The translations under genes and the position numbers were made by a program. A stretch of 64,000 nucleotides of DNA from Eledone cirrhosa (Eukaryota). The stretch lies in contig OZ024740.1 in assembly GCA_964016885.1 (NCBI GenBank), positions 138,880,001-138,944,000 of the forward strand, in the 5' to 3' direction. Below, piece by piece: positions 1 through 14,200 of the stretch; the first letter of the stretch is position 1, and every line of letters starts with the position of its first letter. The notes under the pieces are model-generated. The model saw only the letters and a list, made by a program, of their open reading frames with translations. It made no database searches and was not told the origin of the DNA.

Positions 1-1321
1 TGTTGACTGCTGTCAAGAGGCTGTTAATTTTTTCTCCACAGTACAGTTACTCTATAATTTTTTTCCGCTTCCACTAACCGTTGGAAAATTCTCAAAGATT
101 GTATTAAGAATGAATGTGTCTTGAAATCCCTCTCTGATACAAGATGGGAAGCACATGCTATGGCAACAGCAGCAATCTTGAAATCGTTCCCTGAGATTTC
201 CGAGACATTAGAATATATAGCCGAAGATCAATCACAAAACGGAGACGCTAGAAGAGAGGCAAATAATTTTGTTGATAAGATGCAAGAGCTAGAATTCGTT
301 TTTATGTTGATTTTTTGGAATGAGATTTTGCAGAATTTTCACAGAGTAAGCAAAGTTCTATAAAATGAGGATGCGAACTTAAAGACATGTGCAGATCTCT
401 ATGTATCATTAGCTGACCAACTGAACACCTCACGAGATGAATTTGAAAGATATGAAAAAGAGGCCAAGGAAATTCTTCCAGATGTTGATTACAGGACAAC
501 TGAAACTCGCAAACGTATTGTAAAAAAAGTACCCAATGACGGAGATACAGCAGAAGTTTATTTAGATGCCAGAGATAAGTTTCGTATCACCACATTTTAC
601 ACAATTGTTGACAAACTTGCAGCTGAGATGGAAAGAAGAGGAGAGATATACAAAGAAATGGCAGAGAAATTTTCTTTTCTTAGTGATGTGTCAAATATAA
701 GCACTCCATCAGCTACTAATATTGAAAGGTATTCTCAGTACTCTCAAAAGTTGATCGATGCTTATCCAGAGGACTTCAATAGTAATTTCTCAGCTGAGCT
801 TCATCAGTTTCATTTATATGTGCGAAATAAGATGTGTAGAACAGAAAATGTAAAAACAAGATTTAATCATGCTGAACTTTATAAAATTATTGTAAAAGAC
901 AATATTGAGTGTGCCTTTCTAAATGTAGACATAGCCTTTCGTATATTTTTAACGTTAAGGGTTACTAACTGCTCAGCGGAGCGTTCATTTTCACGGTTGA
1001 AATATATTAAAAATCCCTTCAGAACAACCATGCAACAATACAGGCTGGATGCTTTATCCCTATTGTATATAGAAGCAGATGTGTTACGCAAGATTGGTTA
1101 CAAGGATCTGATCAAAGACTTTGCAAGAAAAAAAGCAGGAAAAAATTATTCAATAAATAAAATTATTTTCTCTCTTTCTGTATGTTTTGCTTTATTTTGA
1201 AATTTCAATAAATAAAACTTTAATTTACCATATATTATTGTTTATGTTTTGATCTACAAATGTATGGGGGCACCAAAATCTTTTAGTGCTTAGGGCCTCT
1301 AAGGGTTTTAATCCGGCCCTG
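1..1321 (+). mobile_element. hAT DNA transposon, 3' part, with decayed ZMYM1-like transposase
   Basis: ORFs 121-363 and 628-1200 carry hAT motifs (LSDTRW; VTNCSAERSFSRLKYIKN..RTTM, the C-terminal dimerisation region). In-frame stop TAA at 361-363. Ends in TAATCCGGCCCTG (1309-1321), i.e. a CAGGGCCGGATTA TIR. Confidence 0.9.
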
Positions 1322-1699
1322 CCCGAAATGAGAAAACGCAAAAGTTGCCATTGTTGGAATTTGAATCCAAATCACATAACGACGGAATGAACCTGTAAAT
1401 TTGCTAGCTGTATCATGCGTAAGCCATGTGTGTGTGTGTGTGTGTAAATGCTAGTGTGTTTATGTGTGTATAGAGTGTGAGTGTGCAAATATGAAAGTGT
1501 GTGTGTGTGTGTGTTGAAATGTGAGAGTGTGTAAATACAAGTGTGTGTATGTGTGTGAAAATGTGAGAGTATGTGTTTGTGTGTCAGTGTGAGTGTGTGT
1601 GTATGTGTATATGTGTGTGTGTTTGTGTGTGAGTGCGAGTGTGTGTGTGTGGGGGGGTGTTGTACAGGATGTACATGTTAACTGTATAGCTGTCTGTGT

Positions 1700-1960
1700 G
1701 AACGCAGCATGACGGAGTGGTAAAGAAGTTTGCTTTGCAATCATTTTAGGTCCTGGGTCTGATCCCATGTCATGGGATGTAACTACATAGGTAGTAACTG
1801 TTTGGACGGACTGTACTTGTAATTCAAGGGGCCAGCCCTGTCACACACTTTATTACGCTGAATCTCCCTGAGAATTACATCACGAGTGCATGCGCCCGTG
1901 GATTACTGAGCCACTTTCACGTTAATTCCATGAGCAGGCTGTTCCGTTGATCTGGAGTAA
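1700..1960 (+). mobile_element. decayed tRNA-derived SINE, family A
   Basis: A-box-like TGACGGAGTGG near 1710; 3' body resembles the reverse complement of 5020-5140 and 50830-50960. Boundaries approximate. Confidence 0.5.
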
Positions 1961-2350
1961 CATCCTCGAACACGACGAAGGTCCATTGATAGCTGTCTGT
2001 GTGTGTGTGCCTGTCTGTGTGTGTGTATGTATGAATGTGTGTGTGTGTGTATGTGTGTATGTATGTGTGTGTGTCTATGTGTGTGTCACAGTGTGTATGC
2101 ATGTGTGTGTGTGTTTATGTGTCTGCGTGTGTGTCAGAGTGTGTATTAAGTGTCTGTGTGTGTGTGTGCGTGTGCGCGTGTGATTATATGTAGAAAGTAC
2201 CTATAAACCGCACAGCCGTCTTTATATATGTACATATGTGTATAATGTTGATGACATATATATGCATATCTATGATCATATAAGCAGACTTATGATCAAA
2301 GAAAATGCAACCGTGAACATACCGTCGTTTTTGTTGCTTTTGTTTTAAAA

Positions 2351-2465
2351 AGGCGCCTGGCTGAGTGGTTAGAGAATTGGATTTGCAATCGTGAGGTTGT
2401 GAGTTCGATTCCTGCACCGGGCGATGTTATGCCCTTGAGCAAGACACTTTATTTCACGTTGCTCC
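2351..2465 (+). mobile_element. tRNA-derived SINE 5' half, family A
   Basis: A box TGGCTGAGTGG and B box GAGTTCGATTCC, followed by CCTTGAGCAAGACACTT; a decayed reverse-complement relative lies at 51000-51105. Confidence 0.7.
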
Positions 2466-2856
2466 TTCTACCTGGAGTTGCGATAGATAGTATTAGCAAC
2501 TGGAAAGACCAACGGAAACATTGCTTCTTCGGTCCGATTTGACGAAAGTCGATCGACTGTCTGTTTTAAAAACTGCAATCTAATGTGTCCTTTTTATAAG
2601 ATGATACAGAAGGATGGGCTCTACCAGGCGTAGAAATGCCCAAGAAACGCCGTATGTCAATACGGTGCTCCAACGGCCACGCGAGAATTTACGCGACCGC
2701 ACCATATCTTTCCATACAGTGTGCTTGGGAGAAAGATTTGACTGCTTTTCTAGCAGTTCGAACGACCTAGTTAGATTGTGTGTGAAGATGCATGTTATGT
2801 GTAAAGACGCATGCTATGTGTGTGAGTGCACGCGCACGTGTGTAAGTGTGTGTGTT

Positions 2857-2911
<55 letters not shown>

Positions 2912-3484
2912 ATTGGTAAGAGCATGGCTATAGATAGATATCAATGTGTGTGAAACCATGTATATTTTTCGCTATACATGTGTATTATACAAATAACTAT
3001 GTATTTATATTTACATGTATATACGTACGTATCTATGTATATGTATGTACGTATGTATGTATGTACGTACGTATGTATGTATGTATGTATGTATGTATGT
3101 ATGTATGTATGTATGTATGTATGTATGTACGTACGTATGTATGTATGTATGTATGTATGTATGTATGTACGTATGTGTGTATGGATGGATGTGTGAGTGT
3201 CAGTAGTGATGCATGTGTTTCTGATATGGTGTCTTATTATGTAGATCCCTAGAGATATCAAAATCTAGATATAGATGGAGATTATACATGTGTATGTGGG
3301 CTGTGTGTACGTACGTGTTTGTGCGGAGATTAAAAACACGCGCGTGTATGTATGAGTAAATGCATATGTGTGCATGTTTGTATGCGATGGTAGTGAAGTT
3401 GATTGCGCAAAGCGTGTAAGTGGGAAAGTTAAGCATCGGCGCATGCGTACGAGTATGTATTTACTTATGCCTGCACGTCCCATA

Positions 3485-3526
<42 letters not shown>

Positions 3527-3979
3527 GAGCAATTTCTTATTTACGAGTGAAACACACCGTGTAGCGACTTATTCAGACACCCTTCAATATACATTTTTCC
3601 ACTCTGCTCAACAGTATTGAGTACTTTCTTTTTTGTTTAATTGCATTTCATATTAGTGGGATATTACCAAACTACACATATACATAAAGACAGAGGCGCG
3701 TATGTATATGTATATTTGTAGGTATGTGTATGTGTATTTATGTGTGAGTATGTGTATTTATGTGTGTGTTTACTAAAATATATCTAGCTCCACACTCATA
3801 CATACACACGCACGCACACAATAAACCAACCACACATATGTGCATACAGAAATATTCCTACGTATATTTATAGTCACATACATACTTCAATACTAAAATA
3901 GATATGTAAATAAAGAGACACTCGGCGCAGAAAACACATTCCCACAATCATATACGTATACAAGGACAACACAAACACT

Positions 3980-4162
3980 CACACACAAACATAAATACAC
4001 AGATACTCACACACAAACATAAATACACAGATACACACAAACATAAATACACAGATACTCACACACAAACATAAATACACAGATACACACAAACATAAAT
4101 ACACAGATATACACAAACATAAATACGCAGATACTCACACACAAACATAAATACACAGATAA
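3980..4162. repeat. minisatellite, unit about 22-28 bp (ACACAAACATAAATACACAGAT[ACTC])
   Basis: About 7 visible tandem copies. Confidence 0.85.
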
Positions 4163-4734
4163 AGATATAAATACTACATACAGGTTATATGTATTAGGAC
4201 TTGATTTGCATCAACTAGGCTTTATTGTCGTGGATTGTTTTAGGTAGTCATGAGATGGGACTGGGTAAACAGGATTAGGACTGGGGTAGATTTGTGGTAA
4301 AATACTTAAAAAACAAATCTCACACCCAGAATCGGCCTTGTGAGGTGCGGGGTCCAGTTGGATGTTACGTGTGCGTTGTGTGTTGTGTGTACCCGGGGTA
4401 TACACAAAATATACCTTACCAACTTTAATATAGCAGAACATATTGGATAATTTAGTCCTTGATATACCATGCCGGTAAACACTGACAAGAGGTATCCACG
4501 TGGTCATTTAAGCAAATCCCCCTCAAATCCCTCATACCATCTTTAAAAAAAACACTCACTTGTTAATGTAGTGATAGATGCATGTTTGAAAAGATGACAT
4601 GGTCAAGGCTAGGATGTCTTTGACCATAGGCCTGCTTGATCGTAGATGATATGTGGCTAAACAACAGCAGAGACGGGATGTTTACAGTTGGAAAGCCTTC
4701 CTTTGATCATTAACCTACTTAATCAGGACTAAAT

Positions 4735-4925
4735 ATAATTGTTTCTACTTTTGGCACAAGGCCAGTAATTAACCAGTGCATTACTGGTACTTTATTTTAT
4801 CGACCCCGTAAGGATGAAAGCAAAGTTAACCTCGGCGGGATTTGAACACAGAAGGGCAAGGACCGTAACTCTATACGTCAAAGCGTGGCGTCCGACCCTC
4901 TACCGATACTGCCAATCCACCGCCC
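4735..4925 (-). mobile_element. tRNA-derived SINE, family B
   Basis: Reverse complement of GTTCAAATCCCGCCGAGGTTAACTTTGCCTTTCATCCTTACGGGGTCGATAAAATAAAGTACCAG, seen on + at 42258, 43960 and 63400. Confidence 0.8.
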
Positions 4926-4984
4926 TCTAAATATAACAATAACCTGCTAGACACGCAAATACACACACAAACATATGGAACGAA

Positions 4985-5172
4985 TCGCCGTCGGTTTTAG
5001 CGATGACTGTTCTAGTTGTTCAATCAATGGAACAACTTGTTAGTGAAATTAACGTTTAAGTGGCTGATCATACCATAGACACGTGTGTCTTTAACGTAAT
5101 TCTCAGGGTGATTCAGCGGGACAGTGTGTGTAACGAGACAGCTGATGGAAAGAATGTCCCGCAATGCAAGTT
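4985..5172 (-). mobile_element. SINE family A 3' body fragment
   Basis: Reverse-complement similarity to 1820-1955. Confidence 0.5.
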
Positions 5173-5873
5173 CTGTGCGTGTGTGTGTATATATATATAT
5201 ATATGTATATATATATAGTTTAATAAATAAATAGAGAACAAAAAACAGAAAAACGAAGAGGCAGTACAAATGATATTAGTATTAGTTTCACGCTTGAGAG
5301 TGGGAGGTGGATATATATATATATGCGTGTGTATATATAAGCTTGTGTACATATGTGTAAGTATGTGCGTGTAAAGGAAATACACACACACACACAAACA
5401 CATGCACATATTAAAAAAGCCGACACAGTTGAAGACGATAACGTAAAAGATAAAGAGGGGGAGCCCCTTATTATTAAACCCATACAGTGAAATGTATGGC
5501 TATGTATATGTGTTTGTGAGACTGTGTGTGTGTGTGTGTATATATATTTACGTGTATGCATGTGTGTTTTTGTGTGTGTGAATATCTCTATGGTTTACGC
5601 ATCGTTACACATTGGCACACAAATAGATAAAGAAACCTTAACGTGTATTGGTAGACACACAAATGCACATACCCTAAGACAGACATACATATACACACAT
5701 ACTGATCAACACACCCACGCACGATACAGGATATCCGTCCCAGTGATGTTTGTGACGATGACGTTTATCAATTACTATTAATAAATATAATATATACGTC
5801 TCAACTGTTATACATTCACACATGTATATATATCTCTCTCTATCTATCTATCCCCCCCTCTCTATCTATCTCT

Positions 5874-5912
<39 letters not shown>

Positions 5913-6023
5913 GCACACACGCACACACACACACACACATACACACACTCTCTTACCTACTCTGTCTCTCCGTCTGTTTCTCCCATTCTCTCCTCTCTCA
6001 CTATTTTTGTTGTTGTCACATTG

Positions 6024-6113
6024 CCAGTCTGACGAGCAGATCGATACTGGAGTCGGGTCCATAACTCCTATGAGTTACCTTGAGCCAATCCTCTGCGAAA
6101 CGTGCGTAACAGG
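6024..6113 (+). ncRNA. minimal type-I hammerhead ribozyme, intact core
   Basis: Stem I CCAGT/ACAGG (one mismatch); CTGACGA 6029-6035; stem II GCAGA/TCTGC with an internal TAACTC/GAGTTA hairpin; GAAA 6097-6100; near-palindromic stem III ACGTGCGT; predicted cleavage after GUA at 6108. Confidence 0.8.
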
Positions 6114-6302
6114 TCTATACACAATAAATATGTTTTATATGTAAACGAAACTTCCTTGTTTTTTTCTATTACATATATATATATACACACAAAGTAAAAT
6201 ATTTCGTTTTAATCCTTTTCTAACCTAGAAAAAAGAGAGAAATAAATAAAAAGGGAAAAAATAAATATTTTTCTTCCTTAATAATCGTCTTTTTCTCCCT
6301 GT

Positions 6303-6366
<64 letters not shown>

Positions 6367-6375
6367 TATATATAT

Positions 6376-6688
<313 letters not shown>

Positions 6689-7242
6689 AAAAAGTTGTCG
6701 TAGTCAGTATATCAAACTTGCATTGCGGAACATTTCCTTCATCAGCGATTCTAAGATATTTTGGTGCCCTCCGACAGTATCATCACATCATGCCTCCCGC
6801 TGACTGGAATAGACAGTGGTAAGAGCCTCTTGTTAGCTCTGGAATAGACGAGTGGATTTCAGTAGACAGCCAAGTAAAGATTGGCAGTGAGGCGTCCATC
6901 ATTGACGATTCGCCAGCTAGGAAACCTTGTGGTTTAGGGTCGAAACGCCCGAGAACTTTTGGACGCCCACCTGACTTCTTGTAGCCAAAAACAACAGTTA
7001 TAAGTAACTGAATGTATCAGCATCTACAGTAGATGTATCTTATTATAAGTTTATATATATATGTGTGTATATATATATATATCTCTACTACCCTAAGTAT
7101 TGAGGACTTTGGTGCGTTATGGTCCATCTGGTTCCTTACCACATTTCCTTCGTTATATATATATATATACATGTGTGTTTGTATGTATGCGTGAGTGAAT
7201 ATATATATATGTGCGTGTGTGTGTGTGTGTGTTAGTGTGTGT

Positions 7243-7372
<130 letters not shown>

Positions 7373-8103
7373 GTGTGCGTGTGCGTGCGTGTGCGTGTCA
7401 ATGTTTATCAGTGTATGTGTATCTATGTAAACATACATATATGCGAACATGTGCCCTGCTTAAATCCTCTCTTTGGTACCTAAGGGCCTTTAACGAAGTC
7501 TGCTCATGCAAACATTCGGTACAGGTCTCCTTCGCCAATAAACTTGGAATTTGTACATGAGGAAGGGGAAACCCATCTATGTTTTCCTAAACCAGGGATA
7601 TCTTCGAACTTTTTCAAATGTTTATATGTAAGATATGATATAATATACACGTGGACCACAATCAAAACTAAAAAAATATCATTCATAAGGGGGTTATTAC
7701 AAAACGAAATTGCTGATCGTTGTATTAAACTATAAAAAATAAAATATATAGACATACACATACATACACACACATATACACAAACGCACACACAGACACA
7801 CACATATATTATTGTATATGTATATATATATATTCTTATATATATGTATAATATAATATAATTGTTTCTACTTTAGGCACAAGGCCAGCAATTATCCAGT
7901 ACATTACTGGTACTATAATATAATATAATGCATAATATACAATATAGACTGCCGGACATTCCCTCCACCAATCCTTGACTGGTGAACATCTTTTAACACA
8001 ATCTTATCCTTCAGCGATACCGGTCAGTTTTGATGCTACTAGAGAATGTCCGGATTAAACCACACCGTAGCATGATTTTCTCTTCTTATTAACGCCACCA
8101 CCA

Positions 8104-8672
8104 CGTGGCCGGATTAATTCCTTTTTAGGTCCTAAACATTTAAAATATTATGGTCCACACCACCACCACTCTATAAAGTCAGCAAAAACATATTTAGGGC
8201 AAATGACAAATACATTTAATTTGAGTGTAAAGGCACCTCTCTTGCCTTTATGTCCTAAGCCTATGCTTATTTTACTTAATTGTTAATTCAGCCTTTCGCC
8301 ACCACACCAAACTTGGTACAGGGGTAACCACACTAACTATGCAGCAGTTATTTTGTTTTATTACTTGCTGACGATTTGCTCTCTGCTCTCATCGCAGATT
8401 TAGTCTTACTCTCACATATGTCTGCCATGTTTATGATGAGGTATTCCCTGGTTCGATCTCCAGTTCTCTAATCACTGCTCTACTATCCTTCTTAACAAAT
8501 ATCTGGCAGGTGGGACCATGGCTAGTTAACCATTAAACAAAATAGCACATCTTTGTGGCGACAAAAAAAAAAGAGGCACAGATTTTATTTAAATTAAATG
8601 TGTTTGTTTATATATGGGAGCACCATAACCTTTTAAGTGCTTAGGAGCTCAAAAGAACTTCATCCGGCCCTT
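8104..8672. mobile_element. non-autonomous hAT derivative (MITE-like)
   Basis: CGTGGCCGGATTA at 8104 and TCATCCGGCCCTT at 8660-8672; 8612-8672 resembles the hAT end at 1262-1321. Confidence 0.55.
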
Positions 8673-9411
8673 TGTAAGACAAAGTACAAGACTGGGGATC
8701 TAAGTACAAACGTACGTCGTCCTACTCCTTCTGGGAGTGCCATTCTCGTTCCTTGCATGATTCCTTAAGTTCATCATATCTTAGGCGTTTCCTTTTATGT
8801 GTCCCCCCCCCTCCTCCATATTATTTTCTAAAAACACTGTCGACTCAGTCATCAGGACATTTTTTTCTGTCAACTCAGACCAAGCTATAAGGTCAGAGCG
8901 TTGCTTTATTGTTACAATATGGCATGCCAATGTCTATAGGCATGCACTTGAGTATATGAATGTATAAATGTATAATTATCTTTATGAGTGTGTGAGAGAG
9001 TGTGTATGTATGTGTGTGTGTGTAAGTGTATGTGTGTGTGTGTGTATGGTTTCTTGTTATAGTTATTATTTATCATTACCCGTATTTGACGTATGGTTGA
9101 GTAGACTTATGAGCAAAGACATTTTCACCGTGACCCTTCAGTTATTTCAAGAAATTCATTTCAATTTACATTATCATAACCTATTAATTTTAAAAGACGT
9201 TTCAGTGTAGTTCGAGAGAGGTTCGGGCGCTATTTTTAGCATTCTGTGTAACCACATAGAAGCTCCCTCGTGTAAAAACTTGTATATGTTAGTGAGAAAG
9301 GGCAACCACGAACTATTGCTATATTCAGATGAATATGCAATTGGATATGGCTCGGCGAAATGTGCAACCGAGATGGTGTGTATGTCTAAATGTCTGTTAA
9401 CACATACACTG

Positions 9412-9449
<38 letters not shown>

Positions 9450-9540
9450 ATGAGTGTGTGTGTATATATATATATATATTATTTTATTATTATTACTATA
9501 TATATGTATATATATATATGTATATATATATATGTGTATA

Positions 9541-9722
<182 letters not shown>

Positions 9723-9723
9723 C

Positions 9724-9795
<72 letters not shown>

Positions 9796-10624
9796 ATGTA
9801 TATATGTATATTACGTAATGCGATCTATGTATACCAAAAAATGACAAATGACGGAATACACACACACACAAACACATACATGCGTAAGTTTATATTTGTG
9901 TATATATGTATATAAATACATATACGTGCGTATGTATATATAGTATTTCTTAACGTTATTAACAGACGAGAAAACATCCATTGCTAAATTTAGCGAAACA
10001 TACTATCTGACTGAAGAAACGTGATAATGTTTATATCGGTGAAGTGGTGAAATACGTTGACACATACATTCACACATGCATATATACATACATACATACG
10101 TACATACGTACATGCATACATACATACATACATACACACATACATACATACATACATACATACATACATACATACATACATACATACATACATGCATACA
10201 TACATACATACATACATACGTACGTACGTACATGCATGCATACATACATACATACATACATACATACATACATACATACATACATACATACATACATACA
10301 TGGTGGCTGCCAACTCGTTTTCGAGTACGGCCACTACTTTATATCCATGTAGGAGAGCCCCTACCGATGCGCTGAACAAGTGTGACTTTTTAGTCCAGCC
10401 AGCGACTAGTACATACATACATGCATACATACGTACATACATAATTACGTACGTACGTACGTACATACATACGTAGGTACATACATACATTCGTACATAC
10501 ATACATACATACATACATACATAAACACTTACACACACTCACATGCATTCATACATACACACACATATATACTTACATACACACACATAGATACATACAT
10601 ACATAGTTGCTTGGTGATAAACAT

Positions 10625-10737
<113 letters not shown>

Positions 10738-10835
10738 CCAACAGGGGAGAGAGAGAGAAAGAGTGCATTGGATATAGATATAGATAATATGTATTAAATT
10801 GTATTATGTATGTATGCGCATGTTATGAATGAATG

Positions 10836-10884
<49 letters not shown>

Positions 10885-10932
10885 ACACACGTATATATAT
10901 ATATGTGTATGTATATATACACACATATATAA

Positions 10933-10963
<31 letters not shown>

Positions 10964-11187
10964 CGCGCGCGTGTAGGTATGTAGGTATATTATATATAGT
11001 AAGGGAGGGAGATGTTCATATATCATAGATATATTTACATGCAAATATATATATATTTATTCATAGAAAACACACACGTACATACACGCAATACATAGGA
11101 GTAGAGGCGCGTGTGTACGTGGACGTGTCTGCACAGCATGCCATGCAGGCTTGATAAATTTATAAAATGTCAAAATGTCAATCTTAC

Positions 11188-11404
11188 CTCCAAGATCCTT
11201 TTGGATAAGAAAGTTATTATCGAAGACCCATTTACAACTGGAAGAGTCGCAGTAGGCCCAAAGGCCTCGATGGTGGTTACCTCCCCTATTAAAAAGAGGG
11301 TTCCGGAATTCCATCCAGTAAGGGGTAGCGAACGATATGACTATGGCCAGATTGCTGACCACAAGGAAGAACAGAGCCACAATTACCATACATGTCGCCC
11401 TCAT
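11188..11404 (-). CDS. first coding exon of a claudin/PMP22/EMP-superfamily tetraspan membrane protein
   Basis: ATG in ACGATGA context. MRATCMVIVALFFLVVSNLAIVISFATPYW (TM1 plus W) ... HRGLWAYCDSSSCKWV gives the W-GLW-C-C signature. Canonical donor GAG|GTAAG after 11188 (phase 1). Downstream exons not found in this window. Confidence 0.85.
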
Positions 11405-11449
11405 CGTGTCACACTGTTTTTGTTTTGGTTAGTTCTGTTGACGATGAGA

Positions 11450-11571
11450 ATGTTAATGATTGTGATGATGATGGTGGTAGTTGTGGTGTTGGTGGTGGTG
11501 GTGGTCGTAGTAGTGGTGGTAGTGTAGATCCAGGTAGTATAAAGGCAAAGAGTTATGGCAATGTGTGTGTG

Positions 11572-11628
<57 letters not shown>

Positions 11629-11749
11629 ACTGATAGATAGACTGATTGATTGACAGATTGTCAGAACAGTTAAGGTCCGATCAAAAGACAGGGAACGAGA
11701 AAGTGAGAAGATATATATTTATGTATACACATATATCTATATATATCTA

Positions 11750-11799
<50 letters not shown>

Positions 11800-12640
11800 C
11801 GTGTGTCTGTAAAAGAACAATGTTTAGTGGTATAAGGATGGCGGTGGTACACTGATAGTAGTGGTAGTGGTGAGATGGTAATGTTAGTGGTGATGTTAAG
11901 TGGAAGATAGAAGTAGTGAAACAGTGTAGATGCTGCCACTAAACGAGACCAGACTGAACACAAACCGTGTCTTCGAGATCCACGATTCGCTCGCCTTAAT
12001 AAAATTCAGCGGCAGCTGTAAGCTAGCAGCGGATGCGATGTGAAGGGGGAGAGGGAGAGGGAGAGGGAGAGAAAGAGAAAGTGAGAGGGGGAGAGGGAGA
12101 AGAAAGATTGAGGCTGCTGGAGGAAGTTGGAGGAAGAATTGTGGTAAGAGGAAGAAATAGAGGTAATAAGATGAGGAAATTAAGGAGCTGATGGTGGTCG
12201 TGGTTTTGAATGTGTTGGTGATGGTGATGTTATTGTTGTTGTTTGTAGTGGTGGTGGTGATGGTGGTAGTGGTGGTGGTGGTAATGGTGATGTTGGTGGT
12301 GATGGTGGTGGTGGTGGTGATGGTGATGTTATTGTTGTTGTTGGTAGTGGTGGTGGTGATAGTGGTAGTGGTGGTGGTGGTAATGGTGATGTTGGTGGTG
12401 ATGGTGGTGATGGTGGTGGTGGTGGTGATGTTCGTGATGGTGATGGTGATGGTGGTGGTTGTTGTTGGTGATGATGGTGATGGTAGTAGTCGTCGTGGTT
12501 TTGCAAGTGGTGGTGGTGGTGGTGGGATGGTGGTGGTGGGATGATGGTGTTGTTGTTGTTGGTGATGGTGGTGGTGGTGGTGTTTTTGTTCTTGTTGTTT
12601 GGGAGGGATGCTGAAGTTGCTGTTGGTGTTGGCGGTGAAG
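11450..12640. repeat. mixed (GGT/GAT/GTT)n, (GATA)n, (TA)n and (GA)n simple repeats upstream of the exon
   Basis: Directly visible; source of spurious poly-T/P/V/H ORFs. Confidence 0.9.
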
Positions 12641-13174
12641 GTGATATTAAGATGATGGGGTCCCGAGAAGAAAAGATGGTAGCTGTGATGCTTTGGGAAC
12701 AAAAGACGGCCGTAAGAATAGAGGGGACATGGGTTTGTGTGAGTTGGGTCGAGATTCAACGGGCGCCAAATGACAAGTTTTCGAAAAGATTAAGTCTGTG
12801 TCCGTGTGTGTGTGTGTTGTGCGTGTATGTTGTGTGTGCTTGTGGTGTGTATATTGTGTGTGTTTGTGTGTGACAGAGGGAGAATGCTGTCTGAGATTGA
12901 ATCCGTGTCTGTGTGTATGTGTGTGTTTCTGTGTGTCAGAGGGGGGAATGTGTCTATGACACTAAGTCCGTGTGTGTATGTGGTATGTGAGTGGTGTATA
13001 CAAGCGGTGTGTGAGTGTGTGTAACGTGTGTGTGTCTGTGTATACGTGTGTGACTGTGTGTTTTAGAGAGATATAGAGTGAGCGCGTGAAAATGTGTAGA
13101 TGGGATGAACAACGAGAGAGAGATGAAGAAACCAGTAACTTCATCATCATCAGCGAAACAACACTACTACTACT

Positions 13175-13211
<37 letters not shown>

Positions 13212-13358
13212 CAACAGCAGCAGCAGTAGTAGTAGCAGCAGCAGCAGCACTAGCAGCAGCAACAGTAGTACTACTACTACTAGTAGTAGTAGTAGTAGTA
13301 TTAGTATTAAGTGCAGCAACAATTATTCTGCAGCTGCAGAGGCTGTAGAAATAGCAGC

Positions 13359-13411
<53 letters not shown>

Positions 13412-13805
13412 CGATTGTAGGGGATGGCGGTGGTAGTTTACAGATACACTCGTATACAAATATACACACACATGCATTCATGCATAAATACATAGCTACA
13501 AATATACATAAGCACATACAAACACACACATATCTATATACGTGCATACATACACTCTAACACGTAGAGTTAGTGTGTATGTATGTACTAAAGAGACACC
13601 TAATCCTGTATACATACTGCAGGCATCAAAATACGCTCACACATATACATACACACGCACAAACACACACACACGTGCGCGCGCGCGCACACACACGCCT
13701 ACACGCGCGCACACACGCACACACACATACAAACACACACACACAATTACATGCGCACACACACACATATATACAACAAATAACCATAAGGAAATCTACA
13801 AATTC

Positions 13806-13965
13806 AGGCATAGCTATGCGGTTAAGTAGTTCGCTTCATAACCACAAGCTTTTGGATTCGATCCCACTGTGTGACATCCGAAGAATGTTTCTTTTACTAA
13901 TAGCCTCGGGTGTACCAAAGCTATGTGATTAGGATTTAGTCGGTGAAAACAGAAGTTTGTTGTGA
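13806..13965 (+). mobile_element. tRNA-derived SINE, family C
   Basis: A-box-like TAGCTATGCGG and B box GGATTCGATCCC; a related minus-strand copy lies at about 29035-29185. Confidence 0.6.
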
Positions 13966-13972
13966 ATGGTTG

Positions 13973-14004
<32 letters not shown>

Positions 14005-14200
14005 CAAAGGGGGTGCAGTAAGATACCAGGTGAACCATAACGCACCAGCGTTTGTAATAAGAAAGGAATCAGGACCCGGACGGCTGAGCTCCGGCCGTTT
14101 CGACAGCTAGATCTGAACTAAGCCACCAGTGGCAGCTTAGTTCGGATCTAGCTGTCGAAACGTCCGGAGCTCAGCCGTCCGGGTCCTGACTCTTTTTCTA
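14005..14200 (-). mobile_element. hairpin element, same family as 6376
   Basis: Inverted repeat 14069-14123/14135-14189; tail CCAGGTGAACCATAACGCACCA is the reverse complement of the 6525-6547 tail. Confidence 0.75.

Noticed and set aside
2351-2430. Functional tRNA gene
   Set aside because: Continues into SINE body sequence with no clean cloverleaf or T-run terminator.
3980-4162. CRISPR-like periodicity
   Set aside because: No unique spacers; ordinary eukaryotic minisatellite.
6715-6955. Hammerhead-like strings: minus CTGATGAAGGAAATGTTCCGCAA and plus TTGACGA..CGAAAC
   Set aside because: GAAA or stems are broken; the first resembles sequence next to a SINE at 5143-5172.
7952-8053. 13-bp inverted repeat as a MITE
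   Set aside because: Too short, no TSD, and no second copy in the window.
9190-9390. Candidate second exon of the claudin-like gene
   Set aside because: No transmembrane segment and no convincing splice sites.
11896-12759. 287-aa His/Thr/Pro-rich ORF upstream of the claudin-like exon
   Set aside because: Triplet-repeat sequence open in several frames; no domain.
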